From Leucoraja ocellata (lineage: Eukaryota), in contig JAWMAR010000252.1 of the NCBI GenBank assembly GCA_036785375.1, positions 62,001 to 126,000 on the forward strand: a DNA stretch of 64,000 nt, given 5' to 3'. The stretch's first letter is position 1. Each line of letters begins with the position of its first letter. Made by a program: the position numbers and the translations under genes. This document shows positions 39,785 through 52,167 of the stretch, piece after piece. The notes beneath the pieces are model-generated. The model was not told the DNA's origin. It ran no database searches and worked only from the letters and a program-made list of their open reading frames with translations.

Positions 39785-40601
39785 TAGTGGGTTGGCGGCA
39801 CGACTGACGTTACAGCGGCCTCTGCAGTCAGTCTGTCTTTTTTTATTTTATTGTCCTGTTGAGGGTATAGTTTGAGGTGGGTTTTTGACTGTGTATGTGT
39901 GGGGGGGGCGGGGTCGGGTGGGGGAAACTTTTAGATCTCTTCCCTGTGCGGGGACCCGACATTTTCCCTGTCGGGTCTCCGTTACCGTTGGGGCCTAGCA
40001 CCGTGGAGCGGCCTCCAACTGAAACGACAGCTCAAGACACGGAGCCTGCGGAGCTGCGGACCTACCATCGTGGAGCTGGCCGGCTTCGGAGCATGGAGAG
40101 CTGCGGTGGCGTGGTGCTGCGACCCGACTCCGGTGGATGGTGACACCGGGCGCTCGCGGGTCCCCGGTGGGAGACTGCTTTGCGGGGCACCGGCAACGGC
40201 GACTTCTCCCGCTCGAATTGCGGGGTTGAGATTGACCTGGAGCGGGGCCTTACATCACCCGGCGCAGCTTTAAATGGCCGCGGACTTGCTAGCGCCCGCC
40301 GGGGGCTCCAACATCGGGACCCGGAGCAGGTCCTTACATCGCCCGGCGCGGCTCTAAGTGGCCGTGGGACTTGCTAGCGCCCGCCGGGAACTTTGACCGG
40401 TAGAGGAATGGAGTGCAGGGGAGAGACAAGACTTTGCATTTCATCACAGTGAGGAGGAGATTCACTATGATAGATGTTTGTGTAAATTGTATTGGTGCGT
40501 GTCTTGGTTCTTTTCTTGTATGACTGCAGAAACCACATTTCCTTTGAACTTCATGTGTGGTTCAAATGACAAATAAACGGTATTGTATATTGTATTGTAT
40601 T
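39785..40601 (+). mobile_element. GC-rich SINE-like element with LINE-type tail
   Basis: CpG-rich; internal tandem duplication of about 65-80 bp (40240-40388); ends TGACAAATAAA...(TATTG)n. Confidence 0.65.
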
Positions 40602-40687
40602 CAAATCACCATCTGAGAAAAAAGAATACTCCTGCTCTCTAAACCAAATCTCTTGCATTTAGTCATGTATCTGTGGAACAATAACCA

Positions 40688-41760
40688 GACATCCAAGATG
40701 TCCTAATTCTTTAGGGAACGGGGGTTTCCCTCTCCCATCATAGATGAGGCCCCATAGATGTGTCTCCTCGGTACCCCAGAGCTCTGCCATTGCTCCCACT
40801 CCTAGTCGCAACAGAGACAGAGTCCCACTAGTCCTTAACTTTCAACCCATCAGCCGTCGCATACAGCACATAATCCTCTGAAATTTCCGCCACCTCCAAT
40901 GGGATCCCACCAGTAGATACATTTTCCCATCTCCACCCCTTTCCACCTTCCACGGAAACCTTTCCCTCCCCAACTCCCTGGTTAACTCATCCCTTCCCAC
41001 CCAAATCACCCCTTCCCCAGGTACCTTCCCCTGCAACTGCAGAAAATGCAACACCTGTCCCGATGCCTCCTCCCTCGTCTCTATCCAGGGACCCAACAGT
41101 CCATTCAGGTTAGGCAGAGGTTCTAGTATCACTTGCACCTCCTCCAACCACATCTACTGTATCCATTGTTCCAGATGTGGACTCTTATCCATTGGTGAGA
41201 CCAAACATAGACTGAACGATTGTTTTGTTGAACACCTTTGCTCAGTCTGCCTGAATCTACCGGATCTCCTGGTTGCTAAACACTTTAATTCTCCTTCCCA
41301 TTCCCACACAGACCTTTCTGTCCCAGGTCTCCTCCATTGTACGAGTGAGGCTAAACACAAATTGGAGGAACAACATCTCATATTTTGCGTGGGCAGTTTA
41401 CAGCCCTGTGGTATGAATATTGATTTCTCTAACTTCAGGTAGCCCCGGAATTCCCTCTCTCTCTATCCCTCCCTCACCCAAGTTCCACTAGCTTCTTGTT
41501 TTCACCTAACAAACATCTACCAATGGCCTGTTTCCATCACCATCGTTACGTTTTTGCATATCTTTCATTCATTGTTCTTTATCTCTCTACATCGTCGCCT
41601 ATATCTCTCATTTCTCTTATCCCAAACCAGTCTGAAGAAGGGTCTCAACCCAAAACGTCACCCATTCCTTCTTGCCAGAGATGCTGCATGTCCCACTGAG
41701 TTACTCCAGCTTTTTGTGTCAATCTTCAGTTTAAAGCAGCATCTGCAGTTCCTTCCTACC
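40688..41760 (+). mobile_element. Penelope-like element: linker, GIY-YIG endonuclease remnant and terminal repeat
   Basis: RVPLVL.F.PI.RRIQHII; PGTFPCNCRKCNTCP; IYCIHCSRCGLLSIGETK; KHFNSPSHSH; KLEEQHLIF..GSLQPCGMNIDF; stops and frameshifts present. Confidence 0.88.
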
Positions 41761-41870
41761 CAATAACGTGCTACTCGTAATTAACAAATGTCCCAAGATC
41801 ACCAGCAGCATTAGTATATAATCCACACTGTTAGCATATCCTGCCAGAAAATGGAGCTGCAGTCAGTATT

Positions 41871-43125
41871 AAACATAGAATCATAGAAAATAGGTGGAGG
41901 AGGCCATTCGGCCCTTCGAGCCAGCGCCACCATTCATTGTGATCATGGCTGATCATCTACAATCAGTAACCTGTGCCTGCATTCACCCCATACCCCTTGA
42001 TTCCGCTAGCCCCGAGAGCTCTATCAAACTTTTTTTAATTCATCCAGTGAGTTGGCCACTCCTGCCTTCTGTGGCACAGAATTCCACAAATTCACAACTC
42101 TCTGGGTGAATAAAGTTTTTTCTCATCTCAGTTTTAAATGGCCTCCCCTTTATTCTTAGACTGTGGGCCCTGGTTCTGAACTCCCCCAACATTGGGAACA
42201 TTTTTCCTGCATCTAGCTTGTCCAGTCCTTTTATACATTTCTATAAGAATCCCTCTCATCCTCCTAAACCCCAGTGAATACAAGCCCAGTCTTTCCAATC
42301 TTTCCTCATCTGACAGTCCCACAATCCCGGGGATTAACCTCGTGAAACTACGCCGCACTCCCTCAATAGCAAGGATGTCCTTCCTCAAATTAGGAGACCA
42401 AAACTGCACATAATACTCCAGATGTGATCTCACCAGGGCCCTGTACAACTGCAGAAGGACCTCTTTACTCCTATAGTCAAATCCTCTCATTATGAAGGCC
42501 AACATGCCATTAACTTTCAAGAAGGAACTGCAGATACTGGAAGATCGAAGGTACACAAAATTGCTGGAGAAACTCAGCGGGTGCAGCAGCATCTATGGAG
42601 CAAAGGAAATAGGCGACATTTCGGGCCAAAACCCTTCTTCAGACTACTCATTGGCAAATGCCATTAGCTTTCTTCACTGCCTGCTGTACCTGCATGTTTA
42701 CTTTCAATGACTGGTGCACAAGGACACCAAGATCTCAGTGCACTTCCCTTTTTCCTAATCTGATACCATTGAGATGATAATCTGACTCCTTGTTCTTCCG
42801 CCAAAGTGGATAACCTCACATTTATCTACATTATTCTGCATCTGTCCACCCAGTCAACCTGTCCAAGTCACCCTGCAACCTCCTAGCATCCTCTTCGCAG
42901 TTCACACTGCCATTCAGCTATATGTCATCTGCAAATTTGCTAGTTACTCCCTCTCCTTAGACTCTCTGTCCTCTAGTACATTTGGGAGATTGTTTGTGTC
43001 TTCCTTAGTGAAGACAGAACCAAAGTACCTGTTCAACATTTCCTTGTTCCCCATAATAAGTTCACCTGTTTCTGCCTTCAAGGGACCCACATTTGTCTTT
43101 CCTAATCTTTTTCTCTTAACATACC
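41871..43125 (-). mobile_element. CR1 LINE (internally deleted) with a nested Penelope-like repeat at 42519-42657
   Basis: EVLLQLYRALVRSHLEYYVQFWSP...LERLGLYSLGFRRMRG; KTNVGPLKAETGELIMGNKEM; nested insert flanked by ATGCCATTARCTTTC (42504-42518, 42658-42672). Confidence 0.85.
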
Positions 43126-43510
43126 TCTCCCACCCATGTCGCACTAGCTTCTCATTTTCACCCTACAAACAGCTCACAATGGCCTGTTTCCTTTACCATC
43201 ATTACATTTTTGCATTTCTTTCATTCATTGCTCTTTATCTCTCCACATCACCATTTACATCTCTTGTTTGCCATATCCCTAACCAGTCTGAAGAAGGGTC
43301 TCGACTCTAAACGTCATCCATTCCTTCTCTCCAGAGATGCTGCCCGTCCCGCTGAGTTACTCCAGCTTTTTGTGGCTATCAATGTTTTAAAAAAACTTGG
43401 AGGGATATTGAAATATTAAGATCCAATGGGTTAGACTTAATACAACATCCGTATTAGAATGGATGACCAACATAAACTAACAATCACCTTTAAAAAAATT
43501 AAAAACATAC

Positions 43511-43674
43511 CTGTGTATCCATTTTGACAAAGGCAAACAATATTGAGGGTATAAGGATCCTGGTAACAGCCAGTGGCAAACTGCCGTTGACTATCTGGTC
43601 CATCTGGGCAGGGGCATGGGCGGCAATGGTCACCTGACCCAAGTACAGGGTCCCCGTAATAACCCGTCATACAG
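43511..43674 (-). CDS. LAMB1: LAMB1 exon ~21 (LE), 164 nt
   Basis: tacag|[26 protein letters not shown]...CQNGYT|gtatgt. Confidence 0.95.
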
Positions 43675-43781
43675 CTGTAAGAGACAACAACATTTTACCG
43701 AGAGCTGTTCAGTTACATGAGCTGCAAGAAATTTTACCCAAGGTGATGAAGGCCAGTAAAACTAATCAAGACTGTCAATAC

Positions 43782-44013
43782 CTCTCACAGTTCTGTCCAC
43801 TGGTATGATCTCTGCAGTTCAGACATTCACCGGTTTCCAAGTCACAATGATCTGCATGCCCATTGCAATGGCATGGGTGGCAAATAGGAAATCCCCAAAA
43901 CCCAGGCTGACACTGGTCACATCTTCGACCATAGACTCCTTCCTTACACTCACACTGGCCAGTGGCATGATGACAAAATTCATTGACAGAACCTTCTGGA
44001 TTACAGTCACATG
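43782..44013 (-). CDS. LAMB1: LAMB1 exon ~20 (LE), 232 nt
   Basis: tttag|[22 protein letters not shown]...HTSGQNCE|gtattg. Confidence 0.95.
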
Positions 44014-44999
44014 CTAAAAATAAAAAAAGGTACAATTACAAATGGATGACTGTTAATTTGAACTGAACAGCAAATGCATTTTAATGAACTAAATTTTACA
44101 ATGAAATGCAAAGTGGAATAATAGAAATCTCTGTATGAAATCTCAGGCACATCTACTTGGGTGAGCTGTTGCAGTATATTTTTCCACTGTTACATGGCGT
44201 TAATCTACTTCTCCAGGGGATGGTCTCAAAAAGACCTGGTTAAATCCTTGGAATGTTGGAGGTAAAGGCAAAATTGTGAAAATAACAGAAATAATAAGAG
44301 AAAAAAAAAATCAAATATTTGGTCTTAAATAGAATCTTTATATTTGCTTCAAAGCATAAAACAATTGATTATCTGCCAAATTAGAACATTGCAGCTGTAA
44401 CTAAAATAGTGGTCAAGTTTCTAACTTTATAAAGAGAGGGTTAGTTAGAGAAGAATTACACAACAAAACTGTCTGAGAGAACATCTGCCAATAAAGATGA
44501 GAAGGAGGGATGAGTTCCTATGTGTGAACAATGAAAACTTCTTGGGGAGATAAAAAAGCTCAAAGGGAAGGCAAAACTTTAGCATAAGAATTGGAGGCAT
44601 TGTAGGGCAGAGTAATGCAAATTAGACAAGAGAGCAGTAAAAGATGAATAAGGACCCAATTTGGAAATATGTCACTGGATGGCAAATATTCTATCAGATA
44701 CGATAGCAGCATTTGAGAGGCTTTTCGAAAGGTACATGGCAGACAATTACAATTAGTTTATCCTGGCCCGTTCCTGTGCTGTCCTGGTCTACATTTTATG
44801 TTCTTAATGGGGAAAATTATATAGGTTTTTATTCAATAAAATATGCATTTATGCCCACTGCTGCCATGGGCACCCATCAATAATTTTGCTTAAACTAAAT
44901 GGCTTGCCAGAAAACATAAAAGTTGAGAATTGATCAGCAGCTGAAGTTTAAAAAAAAATAGCAGTTGATAGAAATCCAAAACACAAAGCATATTGGAAG

Positions 45000-45124
45000 A
45001 ATGAAGAAGGGGTTCGACCCAAAACGTTGCCCATTTCCTTCGCTCCATAGATGCTGCCTCACCCGCTGAGTTTCTCCAGCATTTTTGTCTACCTTCGATT
45101 TTCCAGCATCTGCAGTTCCTTCTT
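45000..45124 (+). mobile_element. Solo Penelope-like terminal repeat
   Basis: AAGCATATTGGAAG duplicated at 44986-44999 and 45125-45138. Confidence 0.8.
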
Positions 45125-47135
45125 AAGCATATTGGAAGTGTTCAGCAGTTCAGGCAACATCAGTAGATAGAAAACAATTTTAAAACATCAGTTCCGTGTG
45201 GCTGACTGACACTGCTCCATGTCTCAGCACTTCCAGCATTGTTTGTATTAAGAATTGACAATATTGGCGAGAGTCTGGGGTCACATACCTGGCTCTAGAG
45301 CAGAATTATCTTTCTGTAAAGGCAACAATTTACTAGAAGAATTCACCTGACAGTTTCATTGCCTCACTGCTGATAGTAGTTTTTTTTCCAAAATTGCATT
45401 AAATTAGCAATACACCAGCTGCAAATCTGAACATGCTCCAGTCCAGACATCTGGCCTACTTACCCAGTTGTTTAATCACTATCAACCTGATATTGGTGAA
45501 TAGGTGATCATAAACAATCATGGTATTAGACTTAGCCAATGCCTTTTTCTATTATATTCTTCAAGTTAACATTAGAAAAAAGCTAGGATCAAATACAAAG
45601 CTTGGCTTGTGGAACAAAAGGAAAAAAAACGTGTTTTTTTTAAAATATCCAACTTTAATCCACACTGGATTTCCAATTTTCTGGAAACTGAACAGATAAA
45701 ATGCTGGTTGGCAGCAGGAACAGAATTCTCACATTGTAAAGACGTATTTGATTCCAAAATTTTGAGAAAAAAGATAAATAGCTCATCTTTGAAATAATTC
45801 GCACAAGGAAGAATATGTAGCTTTCCATTGGTGAATTCACTTCTACATGGTCTCATTGCCAAATTGCTTTCTCCATTATGCATTTATGCATATAGAATTT
45901 AGTTGCAAATGGTGCAAATATTAATGTTCAGGCAGTTTATTTTAGATATAGATCTCCATTTTAACATTTTCTAATTTTTACAGGGATTAGAATTAAGTTG
46001 ATTAAGAATGGCCTACTCCTGCACCTATTTTTCTATGTTTCTATCCAGAAATCTATTTGAAATTAACTAATTGACCAGAGGATGTAGAAATATGAATAGG
46101 AATCAGAGGGGTAACTTTTTCACCCAAAGTGTGGTGGGTTTATAGAACAACTGCCAGATGAGGTAGCCGAGAAAGGGACTATTGCAATGATTAAAAAACA
46201 ATTAGCCAGGTACATGGATTTCCACACTGTACGACTATAAGTGAGGAATTATTTCCTCATCTCCAATTGGTCTCTCCAGATTTGTGACTGAGACACCTCA
46301 GCCTGGTGTCCAGGATTTTTTAAATTTAATTGAAATCTCGGACGTTCATTTTAAAACAACTAAAGAGGCCTATCAAGTCAACCTCTCATTAAACTAGAAA
46401 TCTTGTTACCTCATTTAAATCTTGTTACCACATAGGCTAAAGCACCATTTACTTTCTCACCACTTACTGCATCAGCACTGTGGACTTTTGTGACGTGTAC
46501 AAGCAGACCTAGATCCCTAGAAACATCTATAATATAAACTTTCTCTGGTTAAAAAATATTCTGCTTATTCTTATTTATGCATTAAATACACGGGAGCCAG
46601 TAACAAACTTAATGAACATAACAAAAATACACTCCCTCAACTTCCTTAAACTAAGAAGGCATAGCATATGCCTGAAACTTCTCTTATTCACTTGGTTTAT
46701 AATGTATAACTATCCTTCACTGTCTTTTAATGAAGTAATCAACTAACCTTTGAAATATTTGCTGTATTTTGATCATGGGTTTTGCTTGTAACTCTTTGAA
46801 TGTATTTTTAGAGATTCTTTGCTTTAAATAAACTTTTGATGGTGGACCTCCTGCAAGCCCTACCTTGCCTTCATCCCATGGACCAAAAGCATGGAGGTCA
46901 GTAGACACTGACAAGGATAAAGTATCAAATCATTTGAATCAACATGTAATGCCAGAATGGTCACTAAAACAGTTTCCAGAAATTTTGGAAAGTACCTTTT
47001 TTCTTCACAGCAAGAGCAAAAAGGCAGCAAAATGTGAATAAAAGCCAAAAGTAATATTTTTCCAAACATACAAGAAAATATTAAAGTGCAGAAGAATTAA
47101 ATGCCAAATGTACCACCTTGATAAGCCCTACTTAC

Positions 47136-47279
47136 GTCTGCAGCCACTAGGGCCAAACCCATAAGTGGCAGGAGCACATCGATCACAGTTTCGGCCGACT
47201 ACATTGGAACGACACTGGCACTGTCCACCATTTGAATTACAGATAGAACTGAGAGAGCCTTGAGGGTCACAATTGCATG
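47136..47279 (-). CDS. LAMB1: LAMB1 exon ~19 (LE), 144 nt
   Basis: ctcag|[22 protein letters not shown]...GFGPSGCR|gtaagt. Confidence 0.95.
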
Positions 47280-48614
47280 CTGAGGAGACAACAAACATTA
47301 GAATCTGATAGCATAAGGAAATTATCACATCCAAATCCTCAATTAAACACACTGTTTGAAAAGGAGCAGCTCCAATCTGTACCACTGTGTCCTGATCCCA
47401 AGTTAATAACCTCCAAACCAATTCAAAACCCAGAAGGAAACAAAGGATTCCCTTAGAACCCAGATGATGAGCCTTGCACTCGGCAGCTTTACAGCAGCAC
47501 AGAACAGTGGAGACTTTATGGGCTTCTGAGGAAATGTATCACTTTTCTCTTTCCCTTCCCATTATTTCAATCAAATTTTACTTGGCCTCAGGCATGGAAT
47601 TTGAAGTGCTACTTGAAGAGCTAAGTATTTAAACAAAAACCTTTACAGACCAAATTTACATACCTCCTCAAAGCATTCCTCAAGAGTCATGACCCATAAC
47701 TTTTAAACTGTGCTCTTTCATTGAACACTGATAAAGCATCCCATTAAAACATCTGAATATTTCCTCACTAATGATGTCAGGGTATCTAGCCATGTCCTCA
47801 ACTCAAGTTTAACTTCTTGTTAACTACACAAATCATTGACAACTTTCAATTTAAGAAATGACACAAAACTAACAACCATGCTGACAAAACCTTTTCAGAA
47901 TTCAAAATGCCCCCCCCCCCCCCCAATAGCACTGACATCAAAAAATAAACACAATGAAAAAATGTGTTTATTCTGCATCACCACAGAATAAAATTCTGCT
48001 ACAAAATTCTTTGAACACATTGGTAAGAATTTGTAAAACTTTTACAGAATAATGGAATTTTCACAAAGGGATGGGGTGGCCTTTTCTGCCCACCTTAAGC
48101 ATCTTCAAACATTGACCCCATTTTCTTCTTTATACAAGCACTGACCAGCAATCTGCAGTGATGCATTTCACAATGTTGTAACCCTTTGAAAATAATTTAG
48201 TCTAGATCCCCCTTTTCATTTCCAGTACCAACAACATAACTTAATCGTCTGACCTCAGATTCGGTGACCAACTGAAATAAATCTTACATTATTTGCTCTT
48301 TCTCACCTTTAAACAATTTTCAAGTCTTAGTTACATCTGCTCTAATCCACAGAGATTTGTACAGGTTAATTTTACACTATTAACGCATCCTATGTTAAAT
48401 TAGATATCAGAGATATATTTTCAATGTCCAAGCATCCTTTCTATGACAGCATTGCCCAAACTTCATTCAGTGCTCTAGCTGCAATTTAACCACATTGGAT
48501 AATTCGTATGGCTATCCCCACCACCCTAAATGTAAGCGATGTTCCAACACTGTTCAGATGATATTTTTATACGAGCAGTCCACCAGATCCCTCATGAAGT
48601 TTAAATAGGCTTAC

Positions 48615-48816
48615 GCAAAGCTCCTTCATGGATTATAGAAGAAATGCTGGAAAGAATGCCTCTGCAGACATCAGTCATTGGAGTCTTGGTAACACTTTGA
48701 CTGCTCTCCAAGCAGCGGTACCGCTGGAAGGTATCCCATATGCTATTTGTGATCATCTCGCCCGATTCTCCTGTAGAGAATATATCCAAAGACCTGCAGT
48801 GGGGCATGAGTACGAG
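48615..48816 (-). CDS. LAMB1: LAMB1 exon ~18 (LF), 202 nt
   Basis: cccag|LVLMPHCRSLDIFSTG...FQRYRCLE...IHEGAL|gtaagc. Confidence 0.94.
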
Positions 48817-49977
48817 CTGGGGAGAAAAACATTGTCAGTTGGTGAGAAAACATGAAATCATCCACCTTTGCAGGAAGCATCAAAGGTGCATATTATCTAA
48901 AATAATATGTGCAGGACTCTTGAGACGCAGAGATCTGCGTGCCTTGGTGCATGATTTAGAGGCAACAGTAATTGTAACAGTAATCTGCAGCAATTATAAA
49001 AGCTAAAAAAAAATCTTTAATTTAATGAGAAAAAAACTTATGCTACAATTACATGAGGCAACTGTGAGACCTCCTCTTGAATACTATATATTGTATTGGT
49101 CTCCTTATTTAAGCATTTCATATGTTTTTTTCGTCTGACATTTGGAATTAGCAGCATGTTTTATAACAGAAGCCTATCCTGCCCAATCTTCCATATGCTG
49201 GAGGTTTTGAGTGAAAGGATAGTCTAAAACACAAAATTCTCATGGGTCTTGACTTGGAGGAAGCGAGGACATTTTTTCTCCACCAGGAGAATCTAGAACT
49301 GAATCGCTAGTTATGTTATGTTACATTTTATTTTATGTGGCTGTGTGGCTTGTTACTTTTCACTTAGTATGGCTGTATGGCAACTCAAATTTCATTGTAC
49401 CTTAATTGGTACATGTGACAATAAACTGGCCTTGAAACCTTGAAAAATGAGGTCACATTGAAAAAAGCAGAGGCAATTTTTTCAAAAAAGTGGGGAAAAA
49501 AAGTATTTGAACAGTTTATAATGCAGATATAGATTCTAGATTTAAGGACAGTGGGTGAAGGCAGAAATGTGGAGTTAAAGTTACTATCAACCAGTGCCCT
49601 ACCAATGGCACAGCAAGTTCTTGGGCTGAGTAACCTTCTCCTAATTCACACCTTAGCTCCCAAAATCTGTTTTTTTTAAACTACAAAGCAAAAAAAAAAA
49701 AAAATTCTACTTTTTGCAGTTAGAAGCTAAAGTAACATTAGTCTCCATGCGATGATGTTTAAAATGAAAAAGTAGAATATGGGCATACAAATGATAAAAA
49801 TCTATTCATTTCAGTAATATCCACATCAGTGAACACTCAATAATTACATAAAATTGTGTTTGTAATTCGTGGCTTACTTCCAAAGATAGTGAGACCCAAA
49901 CATTGAAGAATTATATTAATTAGACTTGCACTCTATTGAATGGATGTTTCCAATGTTGCAATCTTAGTTATACGTAC

Positions 49978-50098
49978 CGAATCAATTAAAATATAAGGAG
50001 TCTCCATTTCATCACCAGAGGCATATTTTGTTAATTCTAGCCGAATGGTGTAGTTTAGTCCTTTTTCAAAGCATACAGGTCGAGGTAGAACCACATAC
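49978..50098 (-). CDS. LAMB1: LAMB1 exon ~17 (LF), 121 nt
   Basis: tctag|(R)YVVLPRPVCFEKGLNYTIRLELTKYASGDEMETPYILIDS|gtacgt. Confidence 0.93.
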
Positions 50099-50274
50099 CT
50101 AGAAGAACATTAATACCAATGCATATAGTTAGCCCAACCCATAAATTACAAATCTTCTCTTATAAATGTACACATCAAATTAGTCACTTTCCAAATCCGT
50201 TGTTTATCACCTCAACTCAAAGAATATATGGAATCAAAACAACGAACAAGAAAATATATTTTATCGATCCCAAC

Positions 50275-50402
50275 CTTGATCCTGATGGTAGAGAGAACAC
50301 TTGGTTATCATCATCAGGAATAGTATTCACACATCGACTGCCAGTATGAATTTCACCAGGTCGCAACACCGTTATTTTTGCCACTTCCCAGTTCTTTGGC
50401 AG
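50275..50402 (-). CDS. LAMB1: LAMB1 exon ~16 (LF), 128 nt
   Basis: ttcag|LPKNWEVAKITVLRPG...DDDNQVFSLPSGS|gttggg. Confidence 0.93.
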
Positions 50403-50497
50403 CTGAACAAAAAGAGTCACATTCAATTCATGCATATTTTTTTTTTTTTTTTTTAAAGCTATTAAAGGATGCATCTTGTTAAATGAAGATTACTAAC

Positions 50498-50656
50498 CTG
50501 TGGTTCATACCGAATCAATATGTTGTATTCCATGGAATGTGGAATAGCATTTATATGGAATTCTAGATGTGCTCCTTGAGGAACACGTCCAAATCCAATT
50601 CCTGTCCAGGTTGGGGGACGATCCTGTGGATATTGTCGTTGGATAATCATAACTCC
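50498..50656 (-). CDS. LAMB1: LAMB1 exon ~15 (LF), 159 nt
   Basis: tgcag|GVMIIQRQYPQDRPPTWTGIGF...YNILIRYEPQ|gttagt. Confidence 0.94.
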
Positions 50657-50738
50657 CTGCAAAGAATGAAAGTCATGGCATTAATCTAAAGTATTGATCA
50701 TAATTTAACATCTTGCCTCCGTCCCAAACCAAACTTAC

Positions 50739-50874
50739 AGGACCCAGGTCAGCTTCCTCTGCTTCGTGTGTGTAATGGTCCAGTGCAATAAAGTAAAATC
50801 CAGACTCAACCTCGTTGCAGCGACGTGCAACCATATGCTCTTTGCATTGACACTGGCCTGTCTCTGCCGAACAG
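50739..50874 (-). CDS. LAMB1: LAMB1 exon ~14 (LE/LF), 136 nt
   Basis: tgcag|[45 protein letters not shown]|gtaagt. Confidence 0.94.
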
Positions 50875-51108
50875 CTGCAAAGGGGAAAGAAAACAAATAC
50901 TATTTACTTTTTATAACCAAATCTTTGTGCACGAGATCAAATCATCTAGTTAACATGCTACATGAACGCCTCATTTTTAAACTAAGTTAATTTGCAAATA
51001 AAATGCTGTGCATGTTTCCACCAGCTGTAACAGAGAGATCTTTTGCAAAGTGTCAAATAGTTTGTCTGCACAGGTGGTTCTGCTATAATACGATAGTTGT
51101 GCTCCTAA

Positions 51109-51833
51109 TGGGCCTGTCCCACAGGCGATTTTTCAGGCGACTGTTAAGTTGCCGGCAGTCGCCTGAAAAACCGGCGACTGGAACGGCGACTGTCAGAGTG
51201 GAACACACACACATCGCTTCCTTCACCAGCCCGTTATGCAGGCGAGGGACAGTGCAAGCAGGGGGAGCGCTGTCTTAGTGAAATTCACATGGTGCAAAGC
51301 CAATGTGATACAGACACACACAGCGATGAACAGGAAGGTTGGCGCTGTAATTAAGACGGTGATAGCAAAGTGTACGGAAAGGGTCACGTAAATCCTTTAA
51401 AAGAGGGGGGGGGGGGGGGGGGGGAGAAAGAGTGGACACAACTTTTAAAAAGCCAGAGATACACGGCTGTGAAGCTCGGCAGACATTAACATTACAGGTC
51501 GGTTATCCTTGGTTCTGAAAACTACTGCTTACGTTTTTGTTCCCCCCAATGAGCCAGCACCTTCGACTCCTGGTGACCCACTAGGATCTCCTGGCGACCC
51601 ACCTACGGCACGAGAATTCTCGCTATTCTCCATGGCGGCTTCATCCTGATCGCCGCTAATTTTTCAACATGTTGAAAAATCTGCGGCAACCATAATGAGG
51701 CCGCGACTAGTTCCCAGAATGCGGGAACTCCTCACGACCATGAAGGTGGCTACCCAGCAACCACCCGCGAACATGTGGCGACTGCATAGTCTCCTGCAGT
51801 CACCTAAAATGTCACCTAAGTGGGACAGGCCCA
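51109..51833. mobile_element. PIF/Harbinger-type non-autonomous transposon
   Basis: Perfect 13-bp TIR TGGGCCTGTCCCA / TGGGACAGGCCCA; TAA duplication; internal GGCGAC repeats. Confidence 0.88.
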
Positions 51834-52167
51834 TAAGAAACCTTGTGTGCAAGACAGCTTTTTTCCTCCTTGCCAATTTCCAAAATAATTTTTAAGTGGC
51901 TCTCCAAGTTCGTGACTGAAATCATATAACAAATTAGGCCAGCGTAATTCAAAAAGGTGTTCCCTGATTAATTGATGGTATTATATCTAATTTGCATTAT
52001 GGAAAGACGTGTTATAGCAGAACTAGGTATTTGATACTGAATTTACTGAAATTCAACATTCCTTCAAAAGCATTAACACCAAAACAGACATATTTTGTCA
52101 AATCTTAAGCACTCACTTAATTTGCTATTAAACAATTAGTAAATGCAATTCACTTTTAAAGATTGTG

